DNA of 64,000 bases from Macrostomum lignano (GCA_002269645.1 NIVC01000153.1:270703-334702); one strand, 5' to 3'. Shown: positions 38,668-52,207, counted from the stretch's first letter. Notes: generated by a model not told the origin, from the letters alone. Translations and numbers: made by a program.

Positions 38668-39803
38668 TTTTGGGTTGGCCTTTTTGTCTCTTTCTGTTCT
38701 GTTGTTTCCTCAGTTGAAACTTCGGTTTCCTCAGGCAGGAGTTGCTTTTAGTTCATGACAATTTTTACCTGAAAGTCAGAGGTTATAAATATTTTTTACG
38801 AACTTTAATTCTTACTGAGACTTATATTCTATTTAGCTAATGGTCAGATTAAGCAATAAGCAATTAAACTTTTTAGCCACAAACATAAAAACTCTTTTGT
38901 TTTTGCTCAAGTTCGAAGTTTTCTTCATCTAAACAAATTATTCAGGTTCAAAATTGACTAAAAAGATAAAAAGTTGATACACAACCTAATTATTTAATGT
39001 TGTTTGAATATTTCTTCTCCACTATTATAAAATTTCTACATATTTCATTAGGGTAAATGTAAATTCTGAATAAAAAATTTTAAAACCTTTTGCAAATTTA
39101 GTAGTTTTTGCATTCATATTTTTTAAATCTGGAAAACGTTTTATACATTTCTTTATTAAAGTTTACTCATATTATATCTTTATTTTTCAGTAAAATTGTA
39201 CATGCTGTCAGAAGTAAGTCAGAAATCATACTTAACTCATAAAAAAATTTAAGGAGTTTGATTGCAACTTTCAAAAGAATATTTTAAGCAGCTATGTCAG
39301 AAAATAAAAAGAAAAACAAATCTTCTTTTACCTAAATATTTTTGTATTCTGCATCTATCTGAAAAAATATAACTTCAATCTGTTTTCCTTTAAAAGATCA
39401 TTAGTTTAATTATTTTTTCAAATGCATAGAACTCATAAGCATAAAGTAATATTATCGTATTGGAAAATATCGTTTTTGTCCTTTATTTATCCTAATGTCC
39501 TTAGCGATTTATTGTGCAATCTAAATTTTATCTTATGGTAATATAAATTTGCGCAATGTCCTATAAATTAAAAATTTTTTGTTCATATATTACATATGTG
39601 ATCGATTTAAAAAACTAAACTAAACTACAACACACAAAAATTGATAATTTTTGCATGGTATGGAATTGGAAGCATGAACTAAATTAAAAGTAAGAAAACG
39701 TGGCCTATAGCACACGTATAATTTATAACTTGTAGCTTTTTAACACGTTTTTGTGTAGTAAACACATTAAGTATAAATATGCTAATATTCCTTAAGTAGA
39801 GGC

Positions 39804-39986
39804 CAGTAGCGCAGCCAGAAATTTTTTGAGGGGGCGGATTCTGGAGGGTAAAGTCCCGGGAGGGGGGGCGGAGGGGTGGCTCTATTTTTGGCGAAAATTC
39901 GCTTGGTCCCCCCTTTGATTTTTTTTAGGTCTCCGCCTGTGGGGGGCGACCGCCCCCCCCCCGCCCCCCCCCTGGTTGCGCCACTG
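39804..39986. mobile_element. Complete 183-bp hAT-type MITE
   Basis: TIRs cagtagcgcagccag (39804-39818) and ctggttgcgccactg (39972-39986), with 2 mismatches. Exact 8-bp target-site duplication gtagaggc at 39796-39803 and 39987-39994. A GC-rich insert in an AT-rich region. Confidence 0.92.
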
Positions 39987-41304
39987 GTAGAGGCTGCCGG
40001 ATATATACTATAGTCTGTACGACTACTTAATATCGATAACAGACTTTCTAAGAAAATTAAACATTTTAAAATTCAGTGTTTTTGTTTTCGCTCTTGTAGC
40101 CTTAGATTTTATTAAGTAATTCTAAAGCTAACGTTTCGTTCTAAACTTTTATGAATGCTTAGTTTTTATTTTTATCCAAAAATATGATTTGCTTTTTGTT
40201 GCACAGGGAATTTTTTGTTTAATATACATCACAATTTTAAAAAGCTTTTTTGTTGTACATGAAATTATAAACCGAAAGCGCATCGTTTTTCGAGAACGCT
40301 TCTACGTAACGCTTTTGTGATTGATTTAGTATCATTAATAATTAATGATATTCTGTTATGTTTATCTTTCCGCGCAGAAAGAATTTCGTGACAAGAATAG
40401 CCCCATTGCTTTGAGTTTCAATCATTCAGTGTAAAACAGTAAATAAATACCATTTTACATTCAAGGTAAAGTAAATTACAGGTCCTGGCCGACCCGATGC
40501 ACTCAGACTCTAACTGTCAGGCCACACACTATATACATGTATAGAAGTCACTCGCAAGGTTACTTTTAGATTACACTGATGTTTGGTCGAAGCAAAATGG
40601 ACGTCATTTATCAGTGTAAATGTAAAAAGGGCTCATTTGCCATGCGCGGACACGTACATTTAACATCAAAAGTCGGGTACGTCGGCGAACGTCGGAATGT
40701 TGCGTCGGCTTCTCGGACTGCCAATTGGCTGTTGTAGATCCTGTCGGCGGAGCGGACTGTACACTTGCCCAGAAATTTTTTTGGGATAACTCTAGCCCTT
40801 CCTTTGAAACCAATTATTAGTTTAAGTTAAATGTTCTAACAGAAGGTGAGAAGGATTTGCTAAGTCTTTTACATGTAGGATGTTCGCGGATCGATTCTAT
40901 ATAAAATTTCTCTATTTAATCTGCTTATAGGTAACTCGCGGACATCTGTTTGAGTTGAACCTCATTATTTTAGTTGTCAACGGATCCGTATTTTATCCCT
41001 CGGTTCCGGTGTCTGACTTTTGCGTTCCGTTCCGGCGCTTGCACTCCTTGGTCTGATCCTCGTACTTTTCAAACTTCAAAGTTTCAAAGCTTATGACTAA
41101 TTTATGTGTAGGAAGACACTAGAAGTAATTCGAATTGAATTTTTTCAAACTGATTTTTCTCGCTCAAAAAAGTTATATGTAATGCAATTGCTACAAACGT
41201 ATAAATATTCCATGTTCAGAATTCAGTTTCAGTTTAGTTTTTCTGGCTTCATATACAACTCGAAAGTCCATACGCCGAGTTTGTTATGATATATTAGTGC
41301 AAGA

Positions 41305-41600
41305 GAACTGGTTGACTCCCGTGCGCGGTCACATTAATTTGACGCTTGTGACCGAAATTTGATCTGTGAGTTGTATAGTGCAATTCACCCCATGAGGTCC
41401 AACTCCCAAGGCACATAGAGTGTACATGCCTGATGATTAGACAGTCATGGCCGCTGAGCATGTACACCCTGTGTGAGCGTGTGCATGAGTGCGTGCCTGC
41501 GTACAGTGTTGGCGCGCTTGTGTGCTCAGGAGTCAGCTGAATGGGCAGTTGCCTCAGCGCTGGTCATGGGACGATGTCGCCGAAGGCTTTGCGCCATGGT
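41305..41600 (+). mobile_element. tRNA-derived SINE, family A, 5'-decayed copy
   Basis: Shares gaaattt..attcac..catgagg..caaggcac..gagtgtacatgcctga.gattag..tgtacaccctgtgtgagc..cctcagcgctggt..gggacgatgt.gccgaagg with 49173-49495; decayed B box ggttgactccc at 41310-41320. Confidence 0.75.
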
Positions 41601-42199
41601 GCCTGCAGCCCTTCCTGCAAATATTTTTTTAATTCATTTTTTCATGGTAAAGTGCAATAGAACTGAAAAATCTTAGTCGATGCTTATATGTATGAAGTCA
41701 ATTTTTGGCAAAATTTTAACAATTAATCTTCATCGGAGTATGCGATGCACTGCTGCAACCGCGACCTTTCGGCAGTGAGGCAGCAAAAATAGTTTTCGTG
41801 CAATTTGCAGTTCTTCAGCTTATTAGATTGGCAAAATCAACTATATACGGCTTCGGATTATTTGCTTCTTATTGCACTAGCCGTGCACTCGAACTCGGGA
41901 ACTACTCGTAGATTGTACTTCCCCCAGGATAAATAACTTTCCCCAAAGAAGTGAGGGTTGGTGAAAAAAGCTGTAGTCCCGAGAGCACTCAGCTATTATA
42001 CTGGTAAGATATACTACTCAAAAAGACAGATGGCTGTGTATCGAAGCGATTCTAGTAGACTGGTGAGCAAGCTTGCAAGTTGGCCGGCTGATCGAGGTAA
42101 ATCATATCGGACTATAATTGCTGCCGTCCCAGAGTAAGGACGTTTCGGGTAGGAATGCTTATACAAAGGGTTATGCAAGAAAATGAGGGCCTGCAAGAT

Positions 42200-43212
42200 G
42201 AGTGTCTGTGGCGCTAAATGAGTGTCTGTGGCGCTAAATGAGTGTCTGTGGCGCTAAATGAGTGTCTGTGGCGCTAAATGAGTGTCTGTGGCGCTAAATG
42301 AGTGTCTGTGGCGCTAAATGAGTGTCTGTGGCGCTAAATGAGTGTCTGTGGCGCTAAATGAGTGTCTGTGGCTCTAAGATGAGTGTCTGTAGCGCTAAAT
42401 GAGTGCCTGCAAGAGAAGTGTCTGTGGCGCTAAATGAGTGCCTGTGGCGCTAAAATGAGTCTATGTCGCGCTAAGATTAGTGCTTGCAAGAGAAGTGTCT
42501 GTGGCGCTAAATGAGTGCCTGTGGCGCTAAAATGAGTCTATGTCGCGCTAAGATGAGTGCCTGCAAGATAAGTGTCTGTGGCGCTAAGATGAGTGCTTGC
42601 AAGAGAAGTGTCTGTGGCGCTAAGATGAGTGTATGTGGCGCTAAGATGAGTGTATGTGGCGCTAAGATGAGTGTATGTGGCGCTAAATGAGTGCCTGCAA
42701 GAGAAGTGTCTGTGGCGCTAAATGAGTGCCTGTGGCGCTAAGATGAGTGTATGTGGCGCTAAGATGAGTGCCTGCAAGATAAGTGTCTGTGACGCTAAGA
42801 TGAGTGCCTGCAAGAGAAGTGTCTGTGGCGCTAAATGAGTGCCTGTGGCGCTAAGATGAGTGTATGTGGCGCTAAGATGAGTGTATGTGGCGCTAAGATA
42901 AGTGTATGTGGCGCTAAGATGAGTGTATGTGGCGCTAAGATGAGTGCCTGCAAGATAAGTGTCTGTGGCGCTAAGATGAGTGCCTGCAAGAGAAGTGTCT
43001 GTGGCGCTAAATGAGTGCCTGTGGCGCTAAGATGAGTGTATGTGGCGCTAAGATGAGTGTATGTGGCGCTAAGATAAGTGCCTGCAAGATAAGTGTCTGT
43101 GGCGCTAAGATGAGTGCCTGCAAGAGAAGTGTCTGTGGCGCTAAATGAGTGCCTGTGGCGCTAAGATGAGTGTATGTGGCGCTAAAATGAGTGCCTGCGG
43201 CGCTAAAATGAG
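42200..43212. repeat. 20/21-bp minisatellite, ~48 copies
   Basis: Unit gagtgtctgtggcgctaaat with interspersed cctgcaag variants. Confidence 0.95.
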
Positions 43213-43311
43213 CGTTGACAACACCGATTCTCTAAATAATGTACATATAGGAATTCAGTCATGAACATGTACCTGTGAAATTCTTGGCTTTGTTCCCCCA
43301 CGATAAAATCC

Positions 43312-43326
43312 ATGGCGACGCCCCTG
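43312..43326. mobile_element. Solo hAT-MITE-type TIR
   Basis: atggcgacgcccctg, similar to the TIRs at 15613 and 39972; no partner found. Confidence 0.4.
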
Positions 43327-44493
43327 CTTATACGGGTAGTTACAGACTAATTGAACGCTCCATTAGAAGTTACTAAGTTTAACTAGCATATTATAGTTTG
43401 ATGTTGGCGGCAAACTCGACAAAATCGTGAAAAGAATGAGCACACACAGCACTTCCTAGATACTAAGTTTAGTACTTTTAGTGTTCAGTCTTGCAACAAT
43501 CCTTGATTAACCTGCGGCAGGCTTTTGAGCATTGAAATTAGTCTCAAGACAAAAGACCCTGCGATTTCAGTTTGCGATTATGGTACTTCATTTTCCCCTC
43601 ATCTCTTAGCAGTGCATTGTTTGATAAGAGGAGGCAGAAGGCCACTTCACAGCGCAGCCGCAATGACAAAATTGCAGTTGCAAAAAATGAAAATATCTGG
43701 GCAGTTGAGGCTGCAGTTCGGTTTTGCTTGCTTAGCATTTTATTTTTGCAGATTAATAAATAGTATATGGATGGGCATTAGCAGCGAGTCTGCTTTTATT
43801 TTTACAAGACTTAAAATCAGCCGAGAAGGAACAGCCATTCAATACAATTTACATGCATAGATATATCAAAGAACAATAATAGTGAGAGTACAACAACGCC
43901 AACAACGCACAACGATGCTTTTAACAAACGCAGACATTTATCTTGTAGCGGTAAAACAGCAACTTCCAAACAAATTAATTGTAGTTAGCGTAAAAACCTA
44001 GTAAAAATATGTAATTGATAAATAAACCAGCTTTAAAAAAATTCAAGATGAAGTCCATTTTTTACAAACACAAACACTTTATATTATACTTTGCATAGAA
44101 GATTAAACATGCCTTTTACCGGACTTATTCGATAAATCCCTATATAAAAGTAAGCACAACATACAAAGTGACTCTGAGTCCCGGCCATAGACAATAGCTC
44201 GTACCATGGCTGTAAATTCGACTTCTTTTTTAACAGTAAGAAAATCTAAAGAGGCAAAAACTTGTGTACAAGCTACATACATGTTATAAGTACATGTTAT
44301 AATGTTACATGCTATGAACGGCTATGCACTCATGCCGTGACCCCACCTGACCCAAGATAATTACACACAAATATTAAAATTAGACTTGCATTTCATCGAC
44401 TGTGAGGTTAAAAAGGATTAGATTTAAGGGCAAGGGCAAGTAATTAGATTTATGATGGATCGTGAAAAAGCACTTGGCTTGACAATAATAAGC

Positions 44494-44878
<385 letters not shown>

Positions 44879-44921
44879 CTAAACTATTTTCCCATTATAT
44901 ATGACCCCATGGCCAGAGTTG

Positions 44922-47369
44922 CTACCCGGTCTTGGCCAGGTCAGCCAGCTGGATCACCTCGCCGTTGTCGCCCAGCTGCACGCTGCTGCGCCGTGTGCCG
45001 CTCGCAGCCGCCGAATCGTCGGCCGCCTTCGTGCCGTCCCAGCCAGTGCCGCCCCCTTCAGGCTGGTCGCGATTGCGCAACATTTCGAAGGCTTTCCTAC
45101 GAAAGGTCGGATCAGCGTACAGGTAGAATAGCAGGATGCTGAGCGAGTGCAGGCTGGATAGGAACTCGGCAGTCACGGTCAGGTAGGTCAGTTGGTTGGG
45201 GGGACCGACTCCGGAGCCGTGGCTTTGCAGCATGTAAATCGCGTCATTGACTATGCGAACTATGAAAATTGGCGTCTCCAGGATGGCAAAGGTCACGGAG
45301 ATGATGATCAGGATGTTCCTGACGCGAATATATCGACTGTGGAAGGCGGTCCGGCGGATTCTGTACCAGGTGATCACGCAGCAGGCGATGGTGATCACGA
45401 ATGGAAGGTAGATAATGATGGTAAAGTATGCAAGGTGAATATAGGATAGAACATTTTGCGCTGTGTCCAAGCAGGAGCCTGTGTACTTGTTCACCTATGA
45501 GAAATTGGAAAGCGAGAAAATTATTAACTCGAATAACCAACATGTTTGACAGGTCGTGTCTCAGCCAGCCACTGCGAGACCTCATAGGATACGAAACTTA
45601 CAATTTTGTACTTGTCATCGACTAAATGTAATAGGAGCTATTCCTTATAGACGCCCACCCATGCCCCAAACAGCACCCACCTCACCCCATGCCCCAGCCG
45701 ACACCCACCTCACCCCATGCCCCAGCCGACACCCACCTCACCCCATGCCCCAACGGACATCCACCTCACCCCATGCCCCAACGGATACCCACCTCACCCC
45801 ATGCCCCAACGGACACCCACCTCACCCCATGCCCCAACGGACACCCACCTCACCCCATGCCCCAACGGACACCCACCTCACCCCATGCCCCAACGGACAC
45901 CCACCTCACCCCATGCCCCAACGGACACCCACCTCAATCCATGCCCCAACCGACACCCACCTCAATCCATGCCCCAATCGACACCCACCTCAATCCATGC
46001 CCCAACCGACACCCACCTCACTCCATGCCCCAACCGACACCCACCTCCGTCCATGCCCCTCACCTGGAACCAGTATTCCGAATCGGGAACAATGCTACTC
46101 TTGCCATCAACTGTTCGCTGGGTCAACTGCTGGCCCTTCTGGCACACGTTAATCTGAACCCGATTGAGGGCCAGGTGCCAAAAAACGATGGCGCCGATCC
46201 AAAACAGCGAATTGAGCAGCGCCATGAGAAGCGGGCAGCGGAGTTTGCGCCAGAGATTGGCTGGTTCGCCCCTCCGGCTAGTATTTCTAGTCAGCACTCC
46301 CTTGCTGAGGGCGCGGCACCTGTTCAGCATCAGAATCAGCATCCAGTAGTTGCGGGCAGCGTAGATGCCGTCTCCGGCTGCGATGGCCACGCGAGAGGCG
46401 TACAGCCAGGCGATGTACGGCATCAGATAGCGGAACTGCAGTGGATTAGGGGGGGGGGGGGGTTCACAGGACAGTGGCATAAAGTCCCCAAATGAGCAGT
46501 TGTGTGGTTCACATACGAACTCTCTCTGTGCCTTGGGAGTAGATTAAAAAAACTGGGAGTAGATGAGAGTAGAGGGGGAGGGGGTTGTAGCCTAGTGGTT
46601 GGAGAGTCGGACTCACAGTCGGGGGTTCGATTCTCCACCCACTCGGAGCAATTTGTGTCCTTGACCATGACACTTAACTCTGCATTGCTTCAGTTCACCC
46701 AGCTGTAAAATGGGTGCCAGCATTAGCTGGGGCAATTGAGGGTGTGTGGCGACCCCCCCCCCCCAGTCCTTGTACTGAACAGCCGTAAGCCTTCAGATGC
46801 GCCGCGCAATAGCTGCGGCTGAGCTGTCGGTTGCACATCTGGCCCAGTTAAATCAGGTATAATCAATTTTTTTTTTCATTGGGAGTAAACACTTGCGCAA
46901 GTAAGTCAAGAGCCAACCCCCAAGGCTCAGAGAGTGTACATGCCTGACGATTAGAAAGTACACCCTGTATGAGCGTGTGCAGGAATACAGTATCAGTGTT
47001 GCCTGACTGCTTGCCTGGATTTGCTGCAGTCCAGAGGCTCACCTGCTTATAAGACTCGGTGGCGTATACAATATGGTCAATCTTCTCCACCAGCATGCTG
47101 ATCTGGTGTAGCAGCTCCATCGCTGCCAGAACCAGCAGGTACCAATGCGCTTGAATCTCCAGATTCCGTTTAATTAATCGCGAATAAATGAGTAGCGCCA
47201 GCAGGTCACCGGCTGCGATCAGGGCGCACAGGACGATCATCGCACCGTGGACAAACGAGAAGTCATTTTTAATGTCTTCAAGCGCCGGCTGTAGAAGCCA
47301 CACGCAGTCGTACACTATTTGGACAAAGGTGAAATTCAAGTTGCTGCATGCGTTAGACAATTCGGCCAT
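44922..47369 (-). CDS. Divergent rhodopsin-class (class A) GPCR, probably a peptide or orphan receptor, ~423 aa. Exons 47369-47043, 46435-46064, 45494-44922.
   Basis: Multiple hydrophobic helices; TM3 end WMLILMLNRCRAL (DRY position), TM5 FTIIIYLPFVITIACC, TM6 FAILETPIFI, and TM7/helix 8 LLFYLYADPTFRRKAFEM. Both introns are phase 0 (cag|gtgagc..ctgcag|ttc and cag|gtgagg..catag|gtg); 1272 nt in total. Confidence 0.8.
45652..46062. repeat. 28-bp minisatellite in GPCR intron 2, ~14 copies
   Basis: Unit cacccacctcaccccatgccccaacgga; abuts the donor at 46063. Confidence 0.95.
46581..46862 (+). mobile_element. tRNA-derived SINE with a CORE (MIR-like) domain, antisense in GPCR intron 1
   Basis: A box tagcctagtgg (46588-46598) and B box ggttcgattct (46624-46634). 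These are followed by tgtgtccttgaccatgacacttaactctgcattgcttcagttcacccagctgtaaaatggg (46654-46714), which resembles the recalled MIR core tgtgaccttgggcaagtcacttaacctctctgtgcctcagtttcctcatctgtaaaatggg. Confidence 0.75.
46910..47001 (+). mobile_element. Internal fragment of SINE family A
   Basis: ccaacccccaaggctcagagagtgtacatgcctgacgattag..gtacaccctgtatgagcgtgtgca matches the copies at 41395 and 49310. Confidence 0.7.
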
Positions 47370-47849
47370 TGTGGCAGACTTGAAGCGAACGGATCTCAGC
47401 CACGGAGCAGAACGATTTGAGTTGAAACATTTTTAGAATATGGGATTTTTAAGGCAAGAAGCTTAGGAGGTTGGCCAAGGCTCAGCCAATGGCATCGATT
47501 GGAAAATATTGCAGACTTGATTGGCGACTTCTCGGTTTGGAATTTTATTGTCGAGCTGGATGAATGCAGATAAATAATAATAATAATAATAATAATAATT
47601 ACTGCCTCTCTGCTGCATGTTTTATGCAGATAGTTGTTATATTTTATATTAGTGCATTGGATTGAATCCTGAGTGCTCCATTTCTTTCAGCCTTAGAGAA
47701 TCATTTTTATAGATTTTTATAACGTTTCCATTTTATGGAATTTTTTATTTAAAAATTCTTTGCTTAAATTGTGGATAAATTGCTAGCTGAGCTAATAAAA
47801 GGGGAATAAAGGCTCATGACAATTGCTAATCAAATCAAGGACACGAAAA

Positions 47850-48393
47850 GCTAATGATGAAGCTAATGAAGCTAATGAAGCTAATGAAACTAATGAAACG
47901 AATGAAACTAATAGAGCTAAGGAAGCTAATGAAGCTAATGAAGCTAATGAAACGAATAAAGCTAATGAAACGAATAAAGCTAATGAAGCTAATGAAACTA
48001 ATGAAACTAAAGAAGCTAATTAAACTAATTAAATTAATGAAGCTAATGAAGCTAATGAGGCTAATGAAACTAAAGAAGCTAATCAAGCTAATCAAACTAA
48101 TGAAGCTAATGAAACGAATGAAGCTAATGAAGCTAATGAATCTAATGAAACTAATTAAACTAAAGAAGCTAATGAAGCTAATCAAACTTATGAAGCTAAT
48201 CAAACTAATGAAGCTATGAAACTAATGAAGCTAATTAAACTAAAGAAGCTAATGAAGCTAATGAAACTAATGAAGCTAATGAAACTAAAGAAGCTAATGA
48301 AGCTAATGAAACTAATGAAGCTAAAGAAGCTAATGAAGCTAATCAAACTAATCAAGCTAATCAAACTAATGAAGCTAATGAAACTAATGAAAC
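47850..48393. repeat. 9-bp minisatellite, ~60 copies
   Basis: Unit gaagctaat/gaaactaat. Confidence 0.95.
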
Positions 48394-49172
48394 TCCAAGA
48401 ATGGGTGGCAGCTGCCACTTATTGACAACTCGTTTTGGATTGCAAACTTCTCATCAAGTTCATCCGTTCTTGAAGTTTGCCGCTGCCACAGGTTTCGTTG
48501 CTTGTGTTCAGAGTCTTTTGTGAAGCAATCGATGAGGACCCCCGGAGCTGCTCAGTAATCAACAGCTACAAATACGGGGTCCAGGCATACACAAGAAATT
48601 ATTTTCCTCGTTTGTGTCAATCAACGCGAGCCAGCCTTCCCAATGGCAGCGAGCTGTGCTACTCTAACAGTCCTTGGCTACACTTGGCTGACAGCTCAAG
48701 CGGAAATCCTTCTAGGAGCTGGCAGACAGAGTCTGGGAATGGGGGCTGCACAAAAAGGTTGAACCGGATGTTGGACACATAAAGGCAGACTGAGGACGCG
48801 TTCTTTTTCCTGCTTGGATCGACGTCCCCAACTGAGAGACAAGTTTTTTGTGTGTTTTTATCTTGAAATTCTGTTCGACTCGAGCTTTGAGTCGTCATAG
48901 CGCTGCACGACGTTGCTTAAGACGAGAAATTTTGAGCGCTTGGGGGCATAATAAAGCTTATTTCCGGCCAGATGCTGTCCCGAGCACTGTACCGACGACC
49001 CCGACCCGGCCAAGGATCATTTTTGACCTCGTATTTCCTAGAAAATGTGCTGCGGGACTTGGGAATTTTTATTATTTTATGGAAATTGTGGCACAATGCC
49101 TGATAATCTGATTCGATTTTTAAAAATTGTTTCAGAACTGCAACCAAGGATACAAGATGGGGGGAGGAGGCT

Positions 49173-49495
49173 GGGAGAGCAGCTCAGTGGTAGACGCGTC
49201 TGATTCTCGCGCCTGAATCGACCCCTGGTTCGATTCCATGTGCAAACCATGCGTTTGGGGTCTGTGCACGAAATTTGGCCGAAAGGCTGTCGTGCGATTC
49301 ACAGCCATGAGGGCCAACCGCCAAGGCACACAGAGTGTACATGCCTGACGATTAGAGAGCCAGGGCTGCTGTACACCCTGTGTGAGCCTGTTGTACTCAG
49401 GAGTTGGCGGACTGGTCAGAATTTCCTCAGCGCTGGTTGTGGGACGATGTAGCCGAAGGACGATAATATATTATTATTATTACTATATTATTACT
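49173..49495 (+). mobile_element. tRNA-derived SINE, family A, near full length
   Basis: A box cagctcagtgg (49180-49190), B box ggttcgattcc (49227-49237), shared body, and a (TAT)n-like tail at 49463-49495. ggataca occurs on both flanks (49148 and ~49498) and is a possible TSD. Confidence 0.82.
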
Positions 49496-50599
49496 AGGGA
49501 TACAGGAGACATTTGACTACTCAATGAAACTTTTTGGAGGGCATACAAATGCTTTGTCCCAACCTGGTTTGCGAACAGACGAAGGAGTTAACAAAATGTT
49601 CTGGCTATTAAGCAGAAAGTCGGCAGACTTACAATATTTCAAAGTTTTCTGGAGACCGCAGTTTTTGCTGCAAAATGCATCAGCGAGACAGGAACTCTGC
49701 TGTTGTGTTGTAACACTTTACTGGTAATATTTCACCTTCTGAGCTTCCGGATTACAGTTATCAATTGTGCTTTTCTAGCCTACTCACAGTAGCCAAAATT
49801 GAATTGAAAATCCAACACTCTATCGGGACCCCGCAGCAGCTGCCTCGATGCATCTCCGGGTTTTGAAATTTCCCGGTGTCGCTTTTATCCGATCCAAATC
49901 CAAGCCTCGGAGAAAGTTCGGAGCGAACCCCTTTATTTGACCTTTATTATACAGTTTCTAGCTGTCTGCATACTGTCTTTGGAAGACTTTAGGCTGTTTG
50001 GAAATGCAAATTACAGTGCACGATCTCACCTTCTTATGTTCCGAAGAGCTCCCGCCGCAAGTTTTCCAACCACTGTCTTCATCATGATTTAACTGGAGAA
50101 TGAAATTCGTGCGAACCCTGGAATTGGAACCATCTTACATAAGTGCATCGAGCAAGACAATTCTCACTAAAAATTAATCCACCATATAAACTCTCGTGCA
50201 TTAATGAATTCTTGCTTTTGCGTGAAGAGTTTCAAGAAATTTTTCCCACAGTCCGACTTGTTAATATAAAAACAGTGGCACTCTGGTCTAGCAGAACTTA
50301 GCAAATCTGCTAATATGGAGATCTTACTGCGCATGAAGTCAGTACGAGCTATGCTGTCTGCAAGATGGAGTGATAAAAAGAAGTCTTTTAGAGAGTGCGC
50401 TTACTGTTCTGTTTGATACAAAAAATGCGATGGAAATCTTTTTTTTGTTCAAATCTAAACCAATAGTACGAGCGTAGTGTTTCTAGAAAATAGTAAGAAT
50501 ATATTTGTTAATACAGCATTCTCCAAGCCAATTGAGCACTTCAATAAGTGGCGCTCACCAAGAGACAGTGGAATCCATCAAGACAGAGACCCTGTTGGT

Positions 50600-51452
50600 G
50601 GACGCCCCTGTCTCTTGATGGCCGCCACTGTATCTTGATTGCCGCCACTGTCTTTTGATGGGTGCCACTGTCTCTTGATGGCCGCCACTGTCTTTTGATG
50701 GGTGCCACTGTCTCTTGATAGCCGCCCCTGTCTTTTGATGGGCGCCACTGTCTCTTGATGGGTGCCCTTGTCTTTTGATGAGTGCCCCTGTCTCTTGATG
50801 GGCGCCACTGTCTCTTGATGGGCGCCACTGTCTCTTGATAGCCGCCACTGTATCTTGATAGCCGCCACTGTATCTTGATAGCCGCCACTGTATCTTGATT
50901 GCCGCCACTGTCTCTTGATGGCCGCCCCTGTCTTTTGATGGGCGCCACTGTCTTTTGATGGGCGCCACTGTCTCTTGATGGCCGCCCCTATCTCTTGATG
51001 GGTGCCCCTGTCTCTTGATGGCCGCCCCTGTCTCGCGATTGCCGCCACTGTCTCCTGATTGGTGCGACTGTCTCTTGATGGGTGCCCCTGTGTCTTGATG
51101 GGTGCCCTTGTGTCTTGATGGGTGCCCCTGTCTCCTGATGGGTGCCACTTTCTCTTGATGGGTGCCCCTGTGTCTTGATGGGTGCCCTTGTGTCTTGATG
51201 GGTGCCCCTGTCTCCTGATGGGTGCCACTTTCTCGTGATGGGTGCCACTGTCTCGTGATGGGTGCCCCTGACTCCTGATGGCCGCCCCTGTCTCTTGATG
51301 GGCGCCCCTAGCTGTGTCTTTATTGGTGCCCCTGTCTCTTGATGGGTGCCCCTGTCTCTTGATGGGCGCCCCTAGCTGTGTCTTTATTGGTGCCCCTGTC
51401 TCTTGATGGGTGCCCCTGTCTCTTGATGGCCGCCACTGTCTCTTGATGGGTG
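50600..51452. repeat. 20-bp minisatellite, ~40 copies
   Basis: Unit gatgggcgccactgtctctt / gatgggtgcccctgtctctt. Confidence 0.95.
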
Positions 51453-51505
51453 CCTCAAGAGACCTATTATTGGCGTCCCTAAGGGTTGATGCCCCATACA
51501 AATTC

Positions 51506-51520
51506 CTGCGTACGTCACTG
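51506..51520. mobile_element. Solo hAT-MITE-type TIR
   Basis: ctgcgtacgtcactg, with the same ctg...cactg architecture as 39972; no partner found. Confidence 0.35.
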
Positions 51521-52135
51521 AGGCTGAGCACCCCATTGAAGTTTTAGGTATAGTTTGAGCATAGGATGGCTAGTGAGACAGACAGGAAAGCTAGGGCTCT
51601 AGAGGATGGAGACCATCTTTTTGAAAGAAGTTAGAATTTTCAAAGAATTTGTTTTCCTATAACTAAAAACCAAAAATAAAGTACCAGACAGTACTGCAGG
51701 CAGTAGCAGTTCAGTACAGACAAACCAAAAGTGCATGAGCGAACCCGGCCACAATATAACATGCAGTGTCGGACAAAAAGACTGTTGCTAGCGTAAGGTA
51801 AGACGCATTGCTTGCTAATAAAAATTAATGGAAATATTTCTTCTATACCGCTACTGTTAGCATAGCTAAAAGAGAGCACTGAATAGCAAATTTCATGGCA
51901 AACTGTTTTCTGCTTCAGTAAGCATTTGAATGTGCTTGAGAGTTTTAAGCCGAGTAACAATAGAACACAGAAGCTCATATAAGACGCGCAAGGTAACAAG
52001 TTTATTCTTGAATAGCGAATGCAGTCAGGCGCCTCACTGAAACGGTATTTATGTATTAATGCGATGCCGCTTCTTGCTAACTGCTAAGCGCTATGGCTTT
52101 TTAATGGCTGGCTTGATACCCGAGTTATACCTGTG

Positions 52136-52158
52136 TACTACTGCTACTACTACTACTG

Positions 52159-52207
<49 letters not shown>

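Noticed and set aside
41420-41467. Box C/D snoRNA or hammerhead ribozyme
   Set aside because: Only 28 nt lie between the stems, too short for a guide snoRNA. CTGATGA is not followed by a stem II-GAAA core, and the D-like box is missing in the other two copies.
46581-46640. tRNA gene (also 49173-49240)
   Set aside because: A and B boxes are present, but no complete cloverleaf or acceptor stem is evident and the sequences continue into SINE bodies.
47823-48425. MKL / EAN / FIS repeat ORFs and the poly-Thr ORF at 52059
   Set aside because: Translations of 9-bp and 3-bp repeats.
50325-50340. Spliced-leader RNA similarity (tcttactgcg)
   Set aside because: Only about a 10-nt match to a recalled flatworm SL sequence, with no donor or Sm site; chance level.
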